From Hydrogenophaga sp. (GTDB lineage Bacteria; Pseudomonadota; Gammaproteobacteria; Burkholderiales; Burkholderiaceae_C), in NCBI GenBank assembly GCA_018333605.1, contig JAGXSV010000023.1:9109-73108 (forward strand): a stretch of 64,000 nt of DNA, read 5' to 3'. The notes under the pieces were generated by a model. It ran no database searches. It saw only the letters and a list, made by a program, of their open reading frames with translations, and was not told the DNA's origin. The translations under genes and the position numbers were made by a program. Below, one piece after another: positions 57,435-64,000 of the stretch; the stretch's first letter is position 1, and each line of letters opens with the position of its first letter.

Positions 57435-59513
57435 ATGAGCGCCACCAGCCACAACAATCGCCTGCATTTTCTGGATCGCGACCACAGCATCCTGGCCTTC
57501 AACGAACGGGTCATGGACTGGGCGCGCCGCGCCGACGTACCACTGCTGGAGCGCCTGCGTTTCCTGAGCATCGTGTCGAGCAATCTGGACGAGTTTTTCG
57601 AGGTGCGCATGGCACCTCACCTCGCAGCCCGCAAGGCCAACGAGCAGCGAGGCCTGTACACGGCAGAAACGCACGACAGGATTGCAGCAAAGGTTCACGC
57701 GCTGGTGGCCCAGCAATACGCCATTTACAACGACGAACTGCTGCCCTTGCTGGAAAAAAAGGGGATCAAACTGGTGGCTCATGGCGAGCGCAATCCGCGC
57801 CAGCGGCGCTGGGTGAAAGAATTTTTTGTTCGCGAAGTGCAGCCGCTGCTGATGCCGGTGGGGCTGGACCCTGCGCATCCGTTCCCCCAGGTGGCCAACA
57901 AGTCGCTCAACTTCATCGTGCGTCTCACCGGCAAAGACGCGTTTGGGCGTGAAAACGAAATCGCTATCGTCAAGGTGCCGCGCATCTTGCCGCGCTTCTT
58001 TCGCATGCCACCCATCCAGGGCTCCAAGCAGACACACTTTGTCTCCATCTCCAGCCTGATCCGCTCGCACTTGGCCGATCTTTTTCCCGGTCGCCAGGTC
58101 ACAGAGTTCTCCCAGTTCCGCGTCACCCGTCACTCCGATCTGGCGGTGGACGAGGAAGAGGTCAAGAACCTGCGCACCGCCTTGCGCAAGGGCCTGCAGC
58201 AACGTCACTACGGCGAGGCCTTGCGGCTGGAAGTGTCGGCCGGTTGCTCCGAATTTCTTTCCAGTTTTTTGCAGGCCCAGTTTGCGTTGCCCCTTGAGTC
58301 GCTGTACCGCGTGCCCGGTCCTGTAAACCTGGTGCGGCTGAATCAGTTGATTGATCAGGTGGATGCGCCCGCGCTGCGGTTTGAAAGGTTTCAAGGTGGC
58401 TGGCCTGCGCAACTCACACCCGGGCAGTCGTACTTTGAGCGCTTGCAGCAGGGCGACGTGCTGATTCATCAGCCCTACGAGAGCTTTGACGCTGTGCTGG
58501 CGTTCTTGCGTGAAGCGGTGGAAGATCCGAATGTGCTGGCCATCAAGCAGACCATCTACCGCACAGGCGCCAAATCCGAGCTGATGAACCTGCTGCGCGA
58601 GGCGGTAAGACTGGGTAAAGAGGTGACGGCGGTCGTGGAACTCAAGGCGCGCTTTGACGAAGAAGCCAACATCAATTACGCCGAACGTCTCGAGTCGGTG
58701 GGCGCCCAGGTCGTGTACGGCGTGGTGGGCCTGAAAACACACGCCAAGATGCTGCTGGTGACGCGGCGCGAGGAAGGCCGGCTGCGCCGCTACGGCCACA
58801 TCTCCACCGGCAATTACAACCCCGGGACCGCGCGGCTCTACACCGACATCAGTTACCTGACGGCCGACGACGCGCTCACCGCCGACCTGGAGCAGATCTT
58901 TTTGCATCTGGCCAGCCAGAACCGCCTGCCCAAGCTCAACAAGGCGCTCATTGCCCCGTTTCACCTGCACAAAGCGATGCAGGAGAAGGTGGAGGCGGCC
59001 GGCGCTGCTGCGCGCGAGGGCAAAGACGCGCGGATCGTCTTGAAAATGAACGCGCTCACCGACGAGCCGCTGGCCCGCGCCCTGGCGCACGCTTCACAGC
59101 AGGGCGTCAAAATCGATCTCATCGTGCGCGGCGCATGTATTTTGCCGGCGCAGGTGCCGGGCGTGACCGACAACGTGCGTATCCGCTCGGTGATCGGGCG
59201 CTTGCTTGAGCATTCCCGTGTGGGCTATTTCTGCATAGACGCAGCCGAAGAACTGTGGCTTTCCAGCGCCGACTGGATGAACCGCAACATGCTGCGCCGG
59301 GTGGAACTGGCGTGGCCGGTGACCGACCCGGCGCTGCGCCACCGCGTGATGGAAGAGTGCATCAACATCTACCTGCACGACACCAAGGATGCCTGGCTGC
59401 TGCAGCCCGACGGATCGTATGTGCCCGCCGGCCTGACCGGGACCGGCAAGACCCGTGCTGTGCTGCATTCGGCTCAAGCCACCCTGATGGCGCGCTACGG
59501 CAGCAAAGGCTAA
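57435..59513 (+). CDS. ppk1: Polyphosphate kinase 1
   Basis: SNLDEFFEVR, HPFP, ELKARFDEE, KTHAK, TGNYN, LEHSR, SADWMNRN. Confidence 0.96.
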   Translation: MSATSHNNRLHFLDRDHSILAFNERVMDWARRADVPLLERLRFLSIVSSNLDEFFEVRMAPHLAARKANEQRGLYTAETHDRIAAKVHALVAQQYAIYNDELLPLLEKKGIKLVAHGERNPRQRRWVKEFFVREVQPLLMPVGLDPAHPFPQVANKSLNFIVRLTGKDAFGRENEIAIVKVPRILPRFFRMPPIQGSKQTHFVSISSLIRSHLADLFPGRQVTEFSQFRVTRHSDLAVDEEEVKNLRTALRKGLQQRHYGEALRLEVSAGCSEFLSSFLQAQFALPLESLYRVPGPVNLVRLNQLIDQVDAPALRFERFQGGWPAQLTPGQSYFERLQQGDVLIHQPYESFDAVLAFLREAVEDPNVLAIKQTIYRTGAKSELMNLLREAVRLGKEVTAVVELKARFDEEANINYAERLESVGAQVVYGVVGLKTHAKMLLVTRREEGRLRRYGHISTGNYNPGTARLYTDISYLTADDALTADLEQIFLHLASQNRLPKLNKALIAPFHLHKAMQEKVEAAGAAAREGKDARIVLKMNALTDEPLARALAHASQQGVKIDLIVRGACILPAQVPGVTDNVRIRSVIGRLLEHSRVGYFCIDAAEELWLSSADWMNRNMLRRVELAWPVTDPALRHRVMEECINIYLHDTKDAWLLQPDGSYVPAGLTGTGKTRAVLHSAQATLMARYGSKG

Positions 59514-59531
59514 CCTCAACAAAGGACGCTG

Positions 59532-60014
59532 ATGGACCTGATTCTGTGGCGTCACGCTGAAGCCCATGACCACCCCGACACCTTGCTGGGGCGCCAGGGT
59601 GATCCCTTGGACCTGGCGCGCAGGCTGACACCTCGAGGCGAAAAGCAAGCCGCGCGCATGGCCACTTGGCTCGACCGGCAGTTGCCCGCAGCAGCACGGG
59701 TTTTAACCAGCCCGGCCCAACGGGCCGAACAGACTGCACTGGCGCTGGGTCGCAAGTACAAGGTGCGGGAAGAATTGGCCCCGCAGGGTGAGCCACACGC
59801 CCTGCTGGAGTTGGTGCAGTGGCCTTTCGGCAAGTCGCCGGTGGTGGTGGTTGGTCACCAGCCCACCTTGGGGCGTGTGGTTGCACACCTGCTGGGTCTG
59901 GCGGAAGCAGATTGCCCGGTACGAAAAGGAGCCATCTGGTGGCTGCGCTACCGTGAACGCGATGGCGTTGCGCAAACTGTGCTTGTCACAGTGCAAACAC
60001 CAGAGTTGCTTTAG
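59532..60014 (+). CDS. sixA: SixA-like phosphohistidine phosphatase
   Basis: LWRHAEA, RLTPRG, TSPAQRAEQTA, VGHQP. Confidence 0.85.
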   Translation: MDLILWRHAEAHDHPDTLLGRQGDPLDLARRLTPRGEKQAARMATWLDRQLPAAARVLTSPAQRAEQTALALGRKYKVREELAPQGEPHALLELVQWPFGKSPVVVVGHQPTLGRVVAHLLGLAEADCPVRKGAIWWLRYRERDGVAQTVLVTVQTPELL

Positions 60015-60249
60015 CAGCACGATGCCACATCGGTGGTCTGACAGATTGTGCCGAGGGGCTCGCCAGAAAATTTGGTCCCGCCGATGCAAGTCGACAGTCG
60101 CATGCACGGAATGTGGTCCTCGGTGTGGAGACGTGACCCCTTTGTTCGTCAAGCCTGCAAGGTATCTCCAGGGTCGATCTGCGGAAGATCAGTCCGCAAG
60201 CGGCTGGTGAGATGCATCAGCGGGCACGGCCAAGGTTTGTGATACATTG

Positions 60250-60312
60250 ATGCTGATGACCAAAATTTCTTTCGTTCGACTACTGGATGCCCTTCACGGG
60301 CAGTTACGGTAA
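60250..60312 (+). CDS. Leu-rich leader peptide of leuA (MLMTKISFVRLLDALHGQLR)
   Basis: 20-aa ORF with 5 Leu codons, including rare CTA, CTT and TTA, upstream of a terminator and leuA. Confidence 0.6.
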   Translation: MLMTKISFVRLLDALHGQLR

Positions 60313-60331
60313 CGCGCGAGTGATTTCCAGT

Positions 60332-60370
60332 AACGGCCCGTTTGCACCTGCAACGGGCCGTTTGTTTTTG
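60332..60370 (+). terminator. Attenuator terminator upstream of leuA
   Basis: AACGGCCCGTT(T)GCA-cc-TGCAACGGGCCGTT followed by TGTTTTTG. Confidence 0.65.
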
Positions 60371-60423
60371 GGTTGCGGGTTTTTTCAAAAGTGGTGGTTC
60401 ATTCCACGTACCGGAGTTTTTAG

Positions 60424-61965
60424 ATGAGCGATAAACTGATCATTTTTGACACCACCTTGCGCGATGGCGAGCAGTCACCCGGCGCCTCCATGACCAAGGA
60501 TGAAAAGTTGCGTATCGCACGTCAACTGGAGCGACTCCGAGTGGACGTGATTGAGGCCGGTTTTGCCGCCAGTTCCAACGGCGACTTCGAGTGCGTTCAA
60601 GCCATCGCCAACACCATCAAGGACTCCACGGTGTGCTCCCTGGCTCGGGCCAATGATCGCGACATTTCCCGAGCTGCAGAGGCCCTGAAGGGCGCACAGC
60701 GTGCCCGTATCCACACCTTCATTGCGACCAGCTCCCTGCACATGGAGAAAAAACTGCGCATGACACCCGACGAGGTGTTCGAGCAGGCCAAGCAATCGGT
60801 GCGCTTTGCCCGCAACCTCGTGGATGACATTGAGTTCAGCCCCGAAGACGGCTACCGCAGCGACATGGATTTCTTGTGTCGCGTGCTGGAGGCCGTGATC
60901 AAGGAAGGTGCGACCACGCTGAATATCCCCGACACGGTGGGTTATGCGATTCCCGAACTCTATGGTGAATTTATTCGTACCTTGCGTGAGCGCATTCCCA
61001 ATTCAGACAAGGCCATCTGGTCGGTTCATTGCCACAACGACCTCGGCATGGCGGTAGCCAACTCGCTGGCTGGCGTTAAGATCGGTGGTGCTCGTCAGGT
61101 GGAATGCACCATCAACGGCCTGGGTGAGCGCGCCGGCAACTGTTCCTTGGAAGAAGTGGTGATGGCCGTGCGCACCCGGCGTGATTATTTCAATCTCGAC
61201 GTGGGTGTGGACACCACTCAAATCGTACCAGCCAGCCGCATGGTCAGCCAGACGACCGGCTTTGTGGTGCAGCCCAACAAGGCCGTGGTGGGCGCGAACG
61301 CTTTTGCCCATGCCAGTGGCATTCACCAGGATGGCGTGCTGAAGGCACGAGATACCTACGAAATCATGCGTGCGGAAGATGTGGGCTGGGCCGCCAATAA
61401 AATTGTGCTGGGCAAGCTCAGCGGACGCAATGCCTTCAAGCAGCGCTTGCAGGATCTGGGCATTGAGATGGAGTCGGAGAGCGAAATCAACACCGCTTTT
61501 GCCGCCTTCAAAGAGCTGGCCGACCGCAAGAGCGAAATTTTCGACGAAGACATCCTGGCTTTGTGCAGTGACGAAAGCGTGACCGCCGAGAAGGAGCAGT
61601 ATGGTCTGGTTTCGCTGTCGCAGCACAGTGAAACGGGCGAACGGCCTCATGCCCACATTGTGTTCACCAACGGGGGCAAGGAAGTGGTCTGTGAGTCCGA
61701 CGGCAACGGGCCTGTGGATGCTTCACTCAAGGCCATAGAGAGCCAGCTGAAGAGTGGTGCCGAAATGGTTCTCTACTCGGTCAACGCAATCACCAGTGGC
61801 TCGACCGAGAGCCAGGGTGAGGTGACGGTGCGTTTGCAGCACGGCGGCCGGGTCGTTAACGGTGTGGGAGCCGACCCGGATATTGTTGTTGCGTCTGCCA
61901 AAGCGTATCTGAGCGCCCTCAACAAGTTGCAAAGCAAATCTGAAAAGGTCTCGGCGCAAGGTTGA
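60424..61965 (+). CDS. leuA: 2-isopropylmalate synthase
   Basis: [33 protein letters not shown]. Confidence 0.97.
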   Translation: MSDKLIIFDTTLRDGEQSPGASMTKDEKLRIARQLERLRVDVIEAGFAASSNGDFECVQAIANTIKDSTVCSLARANDRDISRAAEALKGAQRARIHTFIATSSLHMEKKLRMTPDEVFEQAKQSVRFARNLVDDIEFSPEDGYRSDMDFLCRVLEAVIKEGATTLNIPDTVGYAIPELYGEFIRTLRERIPNSDKAIWSVHCHNDLGMAVANSLAGVKIGGARQVECTINGLGERAGNCSLEEVVMAVRTRRDYFNLDVGVDTTQIVPASRMVSQTTGFVVQPNKAVVGANAFAHASGIHQDGVLKARDTYEIMRAEDVGWAANKIVLGKLSGRNAFKQRLQDLGIEMESESEINTAFAAFKELADRKSEIFDEDILALCSDESVTAEKEQYGLVSLSQHSETGERPHAHIVFTNGGKEVVCESDGNGPVDASLKAIESQLKSGAEMVLYSVNAITSGSTESQGEVTVRLQHGGRVVNGVGADPDIVVASAKAYLSALNKLQSKSEKVSAQG

Positions 61966-62142
61966 AACTCTTATAAATCAACAACTTAGGTGTAACTTGT
62001 TAAATCCAGTCGGAGAAGGCAACAAACATGTATCTTTCTCCCGCTTTTATTGAACAAGGTTACACAAGCAATTGATATTGCTAGTTTTTTTCATTTTGTC
62101 TATACTTCACTCCAGCACAATTCCGTTGGCTGGAGTGGAACA

Positions 62143-63399
62143 ATGAACTTTTGCGTAAACCGCTTTCAAAAAGCCATCCGTTTTGCGTGCGCGCTCGCGC
62201 TGACAACCGCACTGGCGGTGCCAGCCACGGCCGCCGCAGCATCTGATAAAAATCAGGTGCAGAAGGCCAAAAAGGCGCCTTCTGCCCAAGTTGCCGCGAA
62301 GAAGAAACCGGTGCAGGCAAAGAGCGTTGCCCAGAAAAAACCTTCTCGGGAAAAGGCAGTCGCAGCCAAGACTCCGGCGAAAGCCAAGCTCGCCAAAGTT
62401 CAGCACAACAAAAAGCTCGCCAAGATCGAGTCCAAGCAAGTCAATTCGGGCAGTCGCCATGCACGAGCGGCAGCAGCTAAAAAAACTGGCGAAAATTCGT
62501 CGCTTGCCAAGGGCAAAAACATTGAAAACAAGGTTGCCTCACGCAGCATGCCGTCTGCTTCCCTGACCCGGGTCGCTGCCGTTTCCAGGTTGTCCACGGG
62601 TGAGCGCCTGGGACTGCGGGGCAGCGGCGACGCCCTGGACCTGAACTCCAGCGTGGCGCTGGTGATTGATCAGGACACCAATGAAGTTCTGTTCAGCAAA
62701 AACGACTCTGCGGTTTTGCCCATTGCGTCGTTGACCAAATTGATGACGGGTCTGGTGATTGCCGACGCCAACCTGTCCATGGACGAGCCCATCACCATTA
62801 CACAAGACGACGTCGACACCTACAAGGGCAGCAGCTCGCGTCTCGCCGTGGGCTCAACCCTGACCCGCGGTGAAATGATGCATTTGGCGCTGATGTCCAG
62901 CGAAAACCGGGCGGCGCATGCACTGGGGCGCACCTTCCCGGGCGGCATGCGGCACTTTGTTGGGCTGATGAACAGCAAAGCCCGTGAACTGGGCATGCAC
63001 GACACGCGCTACGTTGAACCAACGGGTTTGATGAGTCAGAACCAGTCAAGTGCCCGGGATCTGGCGACCCTGGTGTCGGTTGCTTATGAGCGCCCGATTC
63101 TGCGTGACCTGTCCACTTCACCCAGTCATCAACTGGCGCTCGGACATCGCACGCTGCAGTACAACAATTCCAACCGGCTGATTCGCAGCCCCGAATGGGA
63201 CATCGGGTTGCAAAAAACCGGTTACATCTCCGAAGCTGGCCGCTGCCTGGTCATGCAGGCCAAGGTGGCGGGGCGCAAGGTCATCATGGTGTTTCTCGAT
63301 TCTGCAGGCAAGCTCAACCGTGTGCAGGACGCTGAGCGCGTGCGGCGCTGGGTCGAGGCGCAGACCATTAAGGCCGCTTTTATCCGGCCACAAGGCTGA
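62143..63399 (+). CDS. pbpG: D-alanyl-D-alanine endopeptidase (PBP7, S11) with a Lys/Ala-rich N-terminal extension
   Basis: SLTK (SxxK), SEN (SxN) and KTG motifs; signal peptide. Confidence 0.85.
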   Translation: MNFCVNRFQKAIRFACALALTTALAVPATAAAASDKNQVQKAKKAPSAQVAAKKKPVQAKSVAQKKPSREKAVAAKTPAKAKLAKVQHNKKLAKIESKQVNSGSRHARAAAAKKTGENSSLAKGKNIENKVASRSMPSASLTRVAAVSRLSTGERLGLRGSGDALDLNSSVALVIDQDTNEVLFSKNDSAVLPIASLTKLMTGLVIADANLSMDEPITITQDDVDTYKGSSSRLAVGSTLTRGEMMHLALMSSENRAAHALGRTFPGGMRHFVGLMNSKARELGMHDTRYVEPTGLMSQNQSSARDLATLVSVAYERPILRDLSTSPSHQLALGHRTLQYNNSNRLIRSPEWDIGLQKTGYISEAGRCLVMQAKVAGRKVIMVFLDSAGKLNRVQDAERVRRWVEAQTIKAAFIRPQG

Positions 63400-63421
63400 G
63401 CGGCTGTAAAACGCGCTACCC

Positions 63422-63455
63422 GCGAAAAACGGTCCCTCGGGACCGTTTTTTCGTG
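63422..63455. terminator. Bidirectional terminator
   Basis: GAAAAACGGTCCC-tc-GGGACCGTTTTTTC between convergent genes. Confidence 0.8.
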
Positions 63456-63468
63456 ATCATCTGGACGC

Positions 63469-64000
63469 TTACCGGGGCTCGAGCCGTGTCGCAGCCAGAT
63501 GGGCCTTGGGGCAACCCAGCGCCGCAGAGATCTCGGCCGCTGTGGCACGAAGCTTGAGCACCCAGTTTTCGTCAATGCGGTCGGCAGGGGCTGAGATGGA
63601 CAAGCCTGCGACCAGCTTGCACTGATCGTCGTAAATCCCTGCCGCCATACAGCGCACGCCCAACTCCAGCTCCTCGTTGTCTCGGGCCACGCCGGCCTGG
63701 CGGCATTGGCTGAGCTCACGTTCCAGGGTCGCTAGTTGCGTCAGGCTGTTGCGCGTATTGCCCACCAGCCCCGTACGCGCGGCGTAGGAACGAACGCGCT
63801 GAGGATCATCCGCGGCGAGAAACAACTTGCCCACCGAGGTGAGATGCAGCGGCGCACGGCCGCCGATGGCTCGCACCACCTGCATGCCAGAGCGCTCGCT
63901 GTAAGCCCTTTCGACATAAACAATCTCATCTCCTTGGCGCATGCTCAAGTTCACTGGCTGTTGAATCAGCTTGTGCAGCTCGCGCATGGGAACCAGGGCG
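63469..64000 (-). CDS. IclR-family regulator (3' part; start lies outside the window)
   Basis: RAPLHLTSVGKLFL, DNEELELGVRCMAA, LSISAP. Confidence 0.9.
   Translation of the reverse strand, partial: ALVPMRELHKLIQQPVNLSMRQGDEIVYVERAYSERSGMQVVRAIGGRAPLHLTSVGKLFLAADDPQRVRSYAARTGLVGNTRNSLTQLATLERELSQCRQAGVARDNEELELGVRCMAAGIYDDQCKLVAGLSISAPADRIDENWVLKLRATAAEISAALGCPKAHLAATRLEPR

Noticed and set aside
62230-62560. Lys/Ala-rich extension on PbpG
   Set aside because: Such extensions are common on betaproteobacterial PBP7 homologues, so this is not distinctive.

Overview
GC-rich betaproteobacterial chromosome segment, with gene order and proteins typical of Comamonadaceae (inference). From left to right: (1) 1-9.4 kb: a 4-hydroxybenzoate locus (pobA, IclR regulator, Liv-type ABC transporter with two binding proteins, flavodoxin) and tyrB. 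(2) 9.7-25.4 kb: an unusual Pel-type exopolysaccharide locus. It has pelA (hydrolase domain only), a short pelB and pelDEFG, but no pelC. It is followed by two convergent cassettes, each pairing a small secreted His/Pro-rich protein with a large lipoprotein that carries Agd3/CE18-like deacetylase motifs and DUF11 domains; one of the two also has a C-terminal sorting signal. (3) 26-38 kb: housekeeping genes (pyrD, rpiA, prlC, yhbY, rlmE, ftsH, folP, glmM). (4) 38-60 kb: a phosphate/storage region with several 11-bp-periodic Pho-box-like arrays. It contains CYTH-CHAD, phaC-ackA-fabI, MaoC-Pta, a PPDK-like protein lacking its pyruvate domain, a large PhoU/DUF47-like protein, an RHH-like/ParA pair with a perfect palindrome, namZ, a decayed ars operon, ppk2, OlsB-like/GT4 genes, ppk1 and sixA. 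(5) 60-64 kb: leuA with a Leu-rich leader peptide and attenuator, pbpG and an IclR gene. The best candidates for an undescribed system are the Pel locus with CE18-like deacetylase cassettes and the truncated-PPDK/PhoU module. All family calls come from motif recognition by eye; no searches were run.
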